A DNA stretch of 20,317 bases from Azolla caroliniana (Eukaryota > Plantae > Polypodiophyta). Where the stretch lies: assembly GCA_043228905.1 (NCBI GenBank), contig JBHGNT010000571.1:1-20317 (forward strand), in the 5' to 3' direction. Position numbers and translations under genes: made by a program. Every line of letters begins with the position of its first letter. Within the stretch, counting starts at the first letter, position 1. Positions 9,030 through 19,095 of the stretch are shown here, one piece after another. The notes beneath the pieces are model-generated. The model saw only the letters and a program-made list of their open reading frames with translations, did not search any database and was not told the origin of the DNA.

Positions 9030-9382
9030 TGTCACGGATCATAAACTCAAGAGACAACCAAGAAGATAACCAAATGGACAAGAAAGAATATAGTACTAAA
9101 GGAAAGACTCCATAACTGGTGTTGTTCACCTTGAATTCCTTCAAGGTGAACTCCTCTATTTATACTACATGGCATGCATACTTGTTGCACGCATGTGAAT
9201 CTACAATAGAGCATGTAGGTATGCATGCATGTGCCAAGTGTAAATACTACAAGGGAGCAACTATGCACATGATGCTAGCAAAATAATAAGGAACAATTAC
9301 ATACATAACTAGTACTAGATATCTTGGTTAACTCATAATAGTAGATTATAACATGGTCGTGTCAAGAGTTCGAATCTTGACA
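9030..9382 (-). repeat. 5' LTR of chromovirus (353 bp)
   Basis: Same sequence as 4093-4445. Followed by the TSD CGACC. Confidence 0.97.
9157..9164 (-). promoter_or_regulatory. TATA box of the chromovirus 5' LTR
   Basis: Minus-strand TATAAATA starting 32 nt upstream of the predicted start site at 9132. Confidence 0.7.
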
Positions 9383-9387
9383 CGACC

Positions 9388-12124
9388 ATGATGCCAAGCA
9401 TGAAACGAAGGGTCGTCATTTTCACCACTAGTGAAAAGATTTCGTCAAAGTCAATGCCATATTCTTGTCGAAATCCCTTCGCAACTAATCTGGCCTTGTA
9501 CTTTGGGGTGGTCGAGTCGGACGTCTCTTTTAGTCGATAGACCCACTTACATGGAAGAGCACGTCGATTCTTCAGTAATTCGACCAAGTCCCAAGTCTTG
9601 TTTGCCCGAATGGAGTGCATTTCCGACTCCATTGCCAGATGCCATGTGGCTGAATCGGCAGATGCCAATGCTTCTTTGTAAGATGTTGGTTCGCTGGTGT
9701 CGGTAAAGAAAATTCCGGGAGAGTACCTCTCCGGAGGTTGCGACAGTCTCTCGGATCTGCGAGGTATGACTGGACTAGTCGCACTGGGTGTCAATGTCGG
9801 ATGGTCGGGAGCCGAGCCATTCGGTTGTGCCGAATCGGTGGATTCAGTGCGAGAGTTGTCGGTTACCCATAAAACCGATCTCGTGTTGTGGGCTGGGCCA
9901 TCATGAAGGGTTGGCACTTCAGAAAATATTACCCTTCGGACTTCAATAGGCCTTTCGGCCGTTTTATGCATAGCCAACTCATTAAACACGACGTCTGAAC
10001 TTCGGACGATTTGTCTGTGCTCGAGGTGATCTCGCCGTCGGGTCCATATCCAAGAAAAACACATTTCCTTGACCTTGGTTCGAGTTTCCGACGGTCGTCT
10101 TTAGGTATGAGAGCATACGCCTCGCAACCGAAGATCATCAGTTTGTCATAATTCGGTTTACTGCCGGTCCATATTTCCTGAGGTATTTGAAGTCCTAGAG
10201 GTCTACTTGGGGACATATTGATTATGTGTACTGCCATAAGTAGAGCCTCCACCCAGAAGCCATCCGATAGTCCAGAGTGTTGGAGCATGGATACTACGTG
10301 TTCTTGAATCGTCCGATTCATGCGTTCAACAATTCCGTTCTGCTCCGGACTCTAGGGTGCCGTATATTCACGTCGAATGCCACGTTCCTGGCAGAAGTTG
10401 ACGAATTCTTCAAACTTGAAATCTCCTCCATTGTCGGTTCGGAGACATTTCAGTTTCCGACCGGTCTGATTTTCGACCATTGCAAGCCATTCGGAGAAGA
10501 TTGAGAACACCCGATCTTTGGTTCTGATGTGGTAGGCCCACACCTTCCGAGTCGAGTCGTTAATAAAACTGACGAAGTACGAAGCACTGTCGAGAGAGTG
10601 ATGTGGCATCGGGCCATAGACGTCCGAATGGACCAAATCGAGGGGGCTCGATTCGCTTGGTGTTGATGTCGGGTGTGATGCGGCTACCTGTTTGCCATAC
10701 TGGCAATGCTCGCAGAATTGGTGATCCGAGAAGGAGAGTTTGGGGATGTAACTGGCTCTGGATAGGTGCATTATTCCAGCCTTGTTGAGATGTCCAAGTC
10801 ATCCGTGCCATAACGATGACACGGGGATATCAACAAAAAATAAGTCACCCTCTTTGAGTGTGACATATAAAGGGTACAAGGAATGTACCTTTGGTCCTCG
10901 AGCAAGCAGGAGCTTCCCTTTGTGGAGTGTCCACCCTCCTGATGAGAATCCGGCACAGATGCCGGCTTCGTCAAGTTGTTTGACTGAGATCAGGGGTCTT
11001 GACAGCTCAGGAACGTGTCAGACGTTGTGTAGTACGAGTGTAGAGCCTCCCGGAAGATTGAGCTCTACGATGCTGATTCCGATTATAGCACAGTGATGCA
11101 AGTTTCCGACTCTAAATAAGTCGGAGTGCGGGTCCGAGTATTGCCGAAACTGAGATCGGTGAGGTGTCACATGATATGATGCGCCCGAGTCTAGGAGCCA
11201 TGTGCTCAAGTCCTCAGTCGTAAGCAGAACTTTTGATTCGACTGGGTTCTCTATGGACAATATGTTCGGGTCGGTCGTCAAAATTTCGGCTGAAGAGCCG
11301 ACGTAGTTGACCTCCTCATGCCAACTACTCTTCTGATCCGTTCTTTGAGCTTTGTCGGTTTTTGCTTTGAGTGCCTGGCAGTCGGCTTTGATGTGTCCCG
11401 GTTTCTTGCAGTAGTTGCAGATTCGGTTGTCCCGGGACTTGCTCCGGCTTCGCTGATTGTTCAGCGGTCGGGAAGAACTTCTTCCCCGGTTGTTCGATCG
11501 GTCGGTCGAACCTTGTACTACGTAAGCTTCATCTGCCGAGTTTTTGGCGAAGGACTTTCTTCGAGCTGCTTCAGTCAGGATTGCGCTCGTGACTTCAGAG
11601 TACTTAACGGAAGTTGTTGAAGCATTGCACACGGTTGTAACGAAAGTTTCCCATGAAGAGGGGAGACTACTCATGAGTATCATTGGTCTTAATTCATCCT
11701 CAATTGCCGTCCCCTGAGACGAGATTTGGGAGCTTATGCGTTCGTACTCGTTGAGGTGTGCCTGAACCGAATCAGATTCTTTCATACGCAAATTGTAGAG
11801 GCGCCGGATCAAGTACATCTTCGTTGCGGCGACCTTCTTTTCATAAGTTTCCGACAGTGCTTTCCAAAGTTCAAACGTTGTCGTGCATGATTGTATTGTG
11901 GAGTACACTGACTCCGACAAGTGCATCCGAATCGTGGCTCGGACGATTCTGTCCAGCTTTAGCCACTCGTTTGCCTTGTATGCTTCTGGAGGATTTTCGT
12001 TCTCGATCGGGTCTATCTGACCCTTGACTATGAGATAGTCCTGCATTTGTTCCTTCCAGAAGTTGAATTTCGAACTGTCGAACCTCCTTAGACTCATCTC
12101 CGATGAGCCGGATGTTGATGCCAT
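9388..12124 (-). pseudogene. gag-pol: Copia A gag-protease-integrase-RT N-terminal part
   Basis: Gag open from 12124 to 11018 with CNYCKKPGHIKADC and WLLDSGASYH. Integrase motifs LDLVHSD and LRTDNGG. RT start KTWDLVEL..CKWVY..YKARLVAKGF. Premature stops and small deletions throughout. Confidence 0.93.
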
Positions 12125-12685
12125 CTGCTTCGGTTTCAGTTGGTAAGACTACGAACCTTAATGGGGTGCAGCCGGTCGGCTCACCCGATATCGTTCTAGT
12201 CGGTTTTGAACCCGAGTCGGTTTGGTTTCAGATACTTGTTGTTGAACTTGCTCGGAGTGACTCCGGTAACTTGAGGGACAGAACCGGCTGGTCTTCCCGA
12301 ATGTTGGCCGAGTCGGAGTGAGCCCGGTTAGCTTCCGATTACCGATTACGCGAAACTGATTGTTTGGGCCGATTTTGCTTTGGATGACTGCAACGATGAG
12401 AGGGACGGATCCAACTAATCCAACTGATCCCAACGGATGACCTTTTCGGATGTTGTTTAACCTAATGAAGCACGATTGAGCCGGTTGTTATTCAAGGAGT
12501 TCCCCTCAAGCGGTTACAATCACAGGAACAGGGAACAACTGACTGGCTTACTCAAATTTGTGATTTAACACAGTGAGATGCGAGGTCTTGTCTTTTTCTT
12601 CTCCCTTCTCTGTTCTTCAAAGAAAACGAAAACAGAATGTTGTGTTGTGTGATGACGGCCGGCAGCGGGTTGAAGAACCTCCAAC

Positions 12686-12697
12686 GCTCTAATACCA
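12686..12697 (-). other. tRNA-iMet primer-binding site of Copia A
   Basis: Minus-strand TGGTATTAGAGC, one change from TGGTATCAGAGC, 2 nt from the LTR. Confidence 0.88.
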
Positions 12698-12699
12698 AA

Positions 12700-12780
12700 T
12701 GTTGGGGACAAGGCCGTCAATGCGTAAGTGCAAGCAACATTCGTGATGAAGAAGAACCAGTGTATGTATGAGCAAGATAG

Positions 12781-12848
<68 letters not shown>

Positions 12849-13029
12849 CATTATATTCAATAGCAACAGTTACAAATAACAACCAACCTTTACTAAAGGT
12901 TACAATAGGGCATTTTATATAGTGACTATCCTAGGGCAACTGCCCTTTATGCTATTTACAGAATTAGCCCGGACTTGGGATGTCCAAAGGGACAATGTGA
13001 ATACGGCCATTATACACTCGTATTCGACA
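12700..13029 (-). repeat. 5' LTR of Copia A (330 bp)
   Basis: Homologous to 2350-2654 and adjacent to the PBS. Confidence 0.93.
12785..12840. repeat. (AG)28 microsatellite in the LTR
   Basis: Perfect AG run. The partner LTR has (AG)11 at 2441-2462 with interrupted flanks. Confidence 0.95.
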
Positions 13030-13199
13030 ACTCAGACGGAGTGTTGTAATCTTTCGATTGTACATCCACTGTATAGTGAAGTTCTGTTTACCCGTGGTTT
13101 TCTCCTGCTTTAGGGTTTCCACGTAAAACTCTGCATACTCTGTCGTTGTGTATTTTCAGCATCGTTTGATCTTGTGATTTTACGAATCAATCTCCATCA
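13030..13199 (+). repeat. Remnant (last 170 bp) of the Copia B 5' LTR
   Basis: Aligns to 18913-19095 except for substitutions and a 13-bp indel between GTTGTGTA direct repeats. Confidence 0.9.
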
Positions 13200-13202
13200 A
13201 TC

Positions 13203-13214
13203 TGGTATCAGAGC
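13203..13214 (+). other. tRNA-iMet primer-binding site of Copia B
   Basis: Perfect TGGTATCAGAGC, 3 nt after the LTR. Confidence 0.93.
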
Positions 13215-13227
13215 TTGAGGTGCAAGC

Positions 13228-13918
13228 ATGGAAGGAGGTGTGAGCGGTTTCCCATGTATGATAGTTCTAAACTCACAGAACTATGCCGACTAGAAGATAA
13301 AGATGGAGGACCTACTCATAGTAAAAGACTTGTACGAGCCAGTCGACAAAGCAAATATACAGGGGGGTATTGGAGTCAGAATGGAAACTTCTCAACAGAA
13401 AGGCACTGGCCACCATCCGACAGTGCGTCAACGTAAGTGTCCTGCAGCATGTGGCGAATGACACAAATGCCCACGAGATATTGCAGAAGCTGTCGGGTCT
13501 ATATGAGAAGAAGAATGCACTACATAAAACCTCACTGATGAGAAAGATTGTACGGCTGAAATGCAGAGACAGTGAGACCATCGTTGAACACATAAGCACA
13601 TTCGTGGGGTATGTAAATCAACTTGCTACAACCAAGTTCCCCCTGGATGATGCGATGCAGGCCATTTTGCTAATGCGCACACTACTAGATAGCTGGGAGA
13701 ACCTGGTGGTTACTCTCAGCACCTCTTGTCAAGAAGAGAACTTGTCTTTACAAGTGGTGGAGACAAGCATCCTAAATGAGGGGGCAAGAAGGAAGGACAA
13801 GGGAGTCCTGGCTCAGTCGGAGTCGAATGTAACACAACATTGGGACAGAGGAAGGAACCGGCAAATAAGTTCACCAAGGAGAGAAAAGTCCCAAGCCAGA
13901 TTGAAGTCCAGAGGTAAG
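13228..13918 (+). pseudogene. gag: Copia B gag, N-terminal part
   Basis: ATG at 13228 gives MEGG..LNSQNYAD*KIKMEDLL. After a frameshift it reads EWKLLNRKALATIRQCV..LLDSWENLVVTLS..KSRGK. Confidence 0.88.
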
Positions 13919-15165
13919 TGTAAAACGAAGGTGCGGAAGCGTTAGACAACCGGCTTAGCCGGATAGCAACAAAGAGAGAGAGAGAGAGATTAATACACAA
14001 AAGGTACGTAGGAGAGACAGAGAAAGAGCAGAACAACTTGAATCTATTATCAACAACTCTGTAAAAGTCTCTGTGTATACAACGTGCTCAACAACACTAT
14101 TTATACAAGTCCTAAGAGGACTGACAAAAGTACGGTGTACTTCAATGCTTACACGAGCGTCTAACACTAACTACGAGACATTAACTACCTAGTAGTCTAG
14201 GTTGTTACTAGGCTTCCGGTTACTGCTGGATCCAGTTAACTGGCTCCCCAGCTCACCGGCTCACCATGGTTGTTTACGTACCCATATTTAACATTTAAAT
14301 ACGTATAGTACCACATCATTTGTATAGTACGTACTATACCTTAATGTTGTTCAGTCAAATATCATGTACATTTCTCCAATAAGGTATTTAACGTATTTAT
14401 AAAAAAACAGGTATAATACGTATTTATAAAGAAAATGTAAGTAAAACCCTAACAAAAAGCAAAAGAAAAAAAAGATTTTAGTGAAAAAGAAGCCAAAGGA
14501 AGGAAGAAAGAAGAATAGAAGAGACGAGGATGAAGAAGATGAAGAAGAAGAAGAGAGAAAAGAAGACATAAACCTGTCCTAAGTGTGATAATCGCAGAAG
14601 ATAGAAGAAGAAGAAGAAGAAAATGAAGAAAAGAGAAACCTATCATGAGTGTGATAATCGTAGACGATTCCTCAATCTATGAAGACATAATTGTAAATAA
14701 TTACAATTTGAAGTAGAACATTGTGATACACACTTACACACTGATTTATAGAATAAGGGAATGTCGACAACCATATTACTACAAGTATTTTAGGATGTGA
14801 AATGTTCAAATGTCTTATATTGCATTTTAGGATGTAGAACTATATTGTACATCACAAAATTGTGTAAACATAGATGTTTTTTACAATATTATAGATATTT
14901 TTTAGAAAGGTAAATAATTTTCAAATTCTAGAAGTATTTAACGTACTATACGTAAAATACGTATTTTACGTACTTTACGTACTTTATAAGTATTTAAGAT
15001 ATTAAGAAAACGTATTTAACGTATTTTTAAATTGGGAGGTACTATACGGGTATTAATACGTTAAATACGTATGATATCTGTACTGTACCTAACAACCTTG
15101 CAGTTCACCGATCCGGCTCAGGCTTATTCAGCCAATCCGGATCCGGTTGAGCTTGCCGCTCAACA
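13919..15165 (-). mobile_element. Solo LTR (about 403 bp without its nested insert) inserted in Copia B gag
   Basis: TG...CA termini, perfect TSD GTAAG (13914-13918, 15166-15170) and minus-strand TATAAATAG at 14105-14097. Removing it restores KSRGK-LVCFYCGKPRHFQKDC. Confidence 0.88.
14265..15100. mobile_element. Non-autonomous hAT-like DNA transposon (836 bp)
   Basis: Imperfect TIRs CATGGTTGTTTACGTAC and CAAGGTTGTTAGGTAC (reverse complement of the right end). 8-bp flanks CGGCTCAC/CAGTTCAC match at 6/8, both differences being transitions. Clustered subterminal TACGTA motifs and an AT-rich non-coding interior. Confidence 0.72.
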
Positions 15166-15170
15166 GTAAG

Positions 15171-18100
15171 CTAGTGTGCTTTTATTGTGGTAAACCTAGA
15201 CACTTCCAGAAGGACTGCCGACACATGAGAAAAGACAAGGGTGTCGGAAACAATGTCGAACCCAGGAAGATTCATGATGAGAAGAACACTTTTGCCATTG
15301 CTACGAGCAATGAAGAACTGTTGTTCATCTGTGAACAGACAAGTGCAAATCTTGCAAGTGAAGAATGCACTTGGGTGATTGATTCCGGGTCATCGTTCCA
15401 CATAACTCCGTCGAGAGAGTATTCTCGACTTACATAGCCAAAGATCACGGTTATGTGAAGATGGGTAATAGTGGAGAGTGCAAGATAACCGGAGTCGGAA
15501 GTGTCTGCTTGACGACGTCGACAGGGTGTCGACTGACTCTGAAGGATGTTTGACACATCTCTGATATTAGATTGAATCTAATATCGACTGGAATGTTAGA
15601 TGACAATGGCTATAGTGGTAGCTTTCGGAATGGCAAGTGGAAGTTCTGCCGAGGGAATCTTATAATGGCCCAAGCACAAAAAGAAGGCACATTATATATG
15701 ATGCATGCCCGACTATGCAAATCGGAAGTAAATGTGGCAGCTGATTCGGAAGGAGAGATATGGCATAAGAGGCTAGGCCACATCAGTGAGAAAGGAATGC
15801 ACCTACAAGCCGACCAAAAGCTTCTACCAGAAGTCAAGGGAGTGCACTTGGAGAAGTGCGTTGACTGCTTAGTTGGAAAGCAGAACAGAACAACATTCCA
15901 CGTAAGACCACCGAGAAGAAAAGAAGCATCGTTGGATTGTTACACATGGATGTGTGCTATGTTGATGCTCCATAACATCGAGGTGGACAATACTTTGTGA
16001 CGTTTATTGACGACTATAGTCGGAAGACATGGGCCTTCGTACTGAAGTCAAAGGATCAAGTATTGTCAGTTTTCAAGGAGTTTTAGGCTAGAGCTGAATG
16101 AGAGTCAGGTTGAAAGTTGAAGGTTGTCCGAACCGACAACGGTGGCGAATATAGAGGGCAGTTTGAGGAGTACTGCAAGTGCCAAGGTATTCGGATCGAA
16201 TACTCAGTGCCAAAGACCCCAGAGTTGAACGGGCTTGTAGAGAGGATGAATTGAACAATCATGGAGAGGGTAAGGAGCATGCTCTCTCATGCGAAACTGC
16301 CGAAATCCTATTGGGCTAAGGCGATGTACATAGTTGTTTATCTAATCAATAGGTCTCCCTCAATACCATTAAAGGGTGATGTTCCACTGAGAGTGTGGAC
16401 AGGGAAGGATGTCTCCTACCAACACCTGAGGGTGTTTGGATGTTTGGTGTATATGCATGTACCGAAGGATCAAAGGTCAAAGCTCGATAGTAAGACGAAA
16501 GCATGCATATTCATGGGATACTCGGAAGATGAGTTCGGCTATAGGCTATGGGACTTAGTCGACAAGAAGATAGTGAGAAGTCGGGACATAGCCTTTCTTG
16601 AAGATAAGACGATTGAAGATTGGAAGCAGCAGAAGTCGGAACCGACTCCCCAGTCAACCTCGACTACCATCAACTTAAGGCCAAGTGAATCAGCATTGTC
16701 AGTTGTTCGGAAACGTCCAGTTGGCACAGCCGAATCCGAGTCGATCGACTCGGAGAGACTGATTGACTATGAGTCTGAGTCAGCAAAGCTCCCAAGGTCA
16801 ATTGAAGAGTATGAGTTGGAGTTGTCCAACCTGGAGATGCCAATTGACATGCAGGAACCTTTGCGGAGAGAAGAGTTGGTAGAGACATCCGAAAGAGAGC
16901 CAACAAAGAGTGGAAGGAGATACCTACTCAGAGAAAGGAAAGCACTGACAACATATGTCAGTCAATACATCCTCTTGACTGATGAAGGTGAACCGGAGTG
17001 CTATGAAGAAGCCATTGCCGACGAGCACAGAGAGAAATGGTTGAGCGCGATGCAAGATGAGATGGAATCCTTGCACGAGAATTACACCTATGACCTAGTA
17101 GAGCTGCCAAAAGGTAAGAGAGCAGTTAGGAATAAGTGGGTCTACAAGGTGAAGACTGGAGAAGCCGACTGTGAGCCCAGGTATAAAGCCCGCATAGTGG
17201 TGAAGGGCTTTCAACAGAAAAAGGGTGTCCACTTTGACGAAATATTCGCACCAGTCGTGAAGATGACATCCATTCGAATTGTTTTGAGTATAGCACCCAG
17301 TATGGACTTGGAGATCGAATTCTTACACGGGGAGCTAGAAGAAGAAATCTACATGTAGCAACCCCAAGTCTTTGAGAAGAAAGGGAAAGAGAACTTGGTG
17401 TGTCGACTGAAGAAAATCTTGTACAGTCTGAAACAAGCTCCATGCCAATGGTACAAGAAGTTCGAGTCCTTCATGATGGAACACTGGTTCCAGAAAACAC
17501 AGGCGGATCACTGTTTGTTCGTCAAAAGGTACGAAGAAGGAGACTTCTTGATTCTCTTGTTATATGTTGATGACATGTTGATAGTTGGTCAAGATACAAG
17601 GAAGATTGGAAGCTTGAAGAAAGATCTAGGCAGGTCGTTTGCCATGAAAGACCTTGGACCGACTAAACAGATATTAGGAATGCACATAGTTCAAGACAGA
17701 ACTCAAAAGGTGTTATGGTTGTCACAACAAAAGTATGTGACGAAGATCCTGGAGAGATTCAACATGTCGGACGCAAAGCCAGTCGGTTCGGTGTTGCCGA
17801 CAAACTGCAGGTTGAATTCGAAGCAGTGGCCGAAAGGGGAGAAGGAGAAGGCCGAGATGAGGATGATACCATATGCGTCGGCCGTCGGCAGTCTAATGTA
17901 TGCTATGGTATGTACTAGACTAGACATAACATTTGTTGTGGGAGCAGTAAGCCGATATATGAGTAATCCAGGAAGAGAACACTAGGCAGCGGTGAAATGG
18001 ATACTCAGTTACTTGAAAGGCACCTTGAGGGTGTGCCTTAGGTATGGTGTTGGAAAACCTATGTTCGAAGGTTTTACCGATTTGAACATGTCGGGAGATG

Positions 18101-18540
18101 TAGACTCGAGCCGATCCACGTCAGGGTATGTGATGACCCATGCATGGGGAGGCGGGTCGTGGCAATCACGACTGCAAAAGTCTGTAGCCTTGTCGACTAT
18201 AGACGCAAAGTATATGGCAGCGGTAGAGGCCGGCAAAGAGCTGATCTGGATGAGAAATTTTCTCAATGAGCTAGGGATGAAGCAGAGGGAGTTCTTGCTT
18301 CACTGTGAGAGCCAGAGTGCCATACATCTAGGCAAGAATGCTGCTTACCACTCCCGAACCAAGCACATACAGAGGAGGTATCACTGGTTGCGGGAGAGAG
18401 TCGAAGAAGGAGAGTTTTCCCTAGTGAAGATCCATACTGATGAAAATGGATCTGACATGCTCACGAAGAACCTACCTACAGACAGACTTAGAATTTGTCG
18501 ACAAAAGACAGGATTGACTGACTCCCTCCCACAGGAGTGA
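15171..18540 (+). pseudogene. gag-pol: Copia B zinc knuckle, protease, integrase, RT and RNase H
   Basis: [47 protein letters not shown] and TKHIQRRYHW, with many stops and frameshifts and a deletion removing the 'QLDVKTA' motif. Confidence 0.93.
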
Positions 18541-18548
18541 AGGGGGAG
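18539..18548 (+). other. Polypurine tract of Copia B
   Basis: GAAGGGGGAG, 2 nt before the LTR TG. Confidence 0.88.
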
Positions 18549-18550
18549 TT

Positions 18551-19095
18551 TGTTGGGGATATGTCCCTCCAGTGGGAGGAACCGACTGTTTGGAAGTGGC
18601 CGACAGTCAAAGAGTCGAAGGAACTGACTGTTCGGAAGTAGCCGACGGTCGAAGAGTCGACAACAGAGAGTCGATTGTTTTTTATTATTATAGCAATAAT
18701 AATTTTTATGATATGTGGCAGTGGCTACAATTGTAAATGGTCTATACGATGTATCAATATATATACATCTAGGGCAAAAATAGTGCAGTGTGAGAGATAG
18801 TAGAGGTCGAGAGAGAAAGCAAGCATGAGAGAGATGCGAGTGAGAGAGAGAGCAAGCGGCGCCATATCTGTGTGTGCAACAGTAGACGCCAAGAGCCTTG
18901 CGCGGCTGATACACTCGGACGGAGTGTTGTCATCTTTCGATTGTACATCCACTATATAGTGAAGTTCTATTTACCCGTGATTTTCTCCCACTTTAGGGTT
19001 TCCACATAAAACTCTGTGTACTCTGTCGTTGTGTACCTATGTTGTGTATTTTCAGCATCGTTTGATCTTGTGATTTTACGAATCGATTTCCATCA
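18551..19095 (+). repeat. 3' LTR of Copia B (545 bp)
   Basis: TGTTGG...CCATCA. Follows the PPT, and its 3' end matches 13030-13199. Confidence 0.9.
18577..18660 (+). repeat. 42-bp tandem duplication in the U3 of Copia B
   Basis: AGGAACCGACTG...GAGTCGA twice (18577-18618, 18619-18660), differing by transitions. Confidence 0.85.

Larger units (their letters stand above)
4093..9382 (-). mobile_element. Intact Ty3/Gypsy chromovirus (Tcn1/Tf1/sushi-like), 5290 bp, very recent insertion
   Basis: LTRs appear identical by eye. 5-bp TSD CGACC at 4088-4092 and 9383-9387. Uninterrupted gag and pol with a C-terminal chromodomain. Confidence 0.97.
2350..13029 (-). mobile_element. Ty1/Copia LTR retrotransposon A (Tnt1/Tork-like), degenerate, interrupted by a Gypsy element
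   Basis: Paired TG..CA LTRs, Met PBS, PPT and gag-PR-IN-RT-RH domain order on the minus strand. Confidence 0.93.
13030..19095 (+). mobile_element. Ty1/Copia LTR retrotransposon B (Tnt1/Tork-like), degenerate, with a truncated 5' LTR
   Basis: Partial 5' LTR, perfect Met PBS, gag-PR-IN-RT-RH order, PPT and a full 3' LTR. Confidence 0.93.

Noticed and set aside
9363-9379. GTTCGAATC in a hairpin resembling a tRNA T-arm or Pol III B-box
   Set aside because: No cloverleaf or convincing A-box is present. It is part of the LTR terminal inverted repeat.
14351-14646. Hydrophobic Ser/Phe/Leu-rich ORFs that look like membrane peptides
   Set aside because: They are translations of the low-complexity GAA/A-rich tract.
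13914-15170. The solo-LTR insertion creates AG|GTAAGT at its left end and CAG at its right end, suggesting an intron that restores gag
   Set aside because: Splicing to the AG ending at 15166 removes 1 nt too many, and to 15170 removes 5 nt too many, so neither restores the frame. Gag also has upstream lesions.
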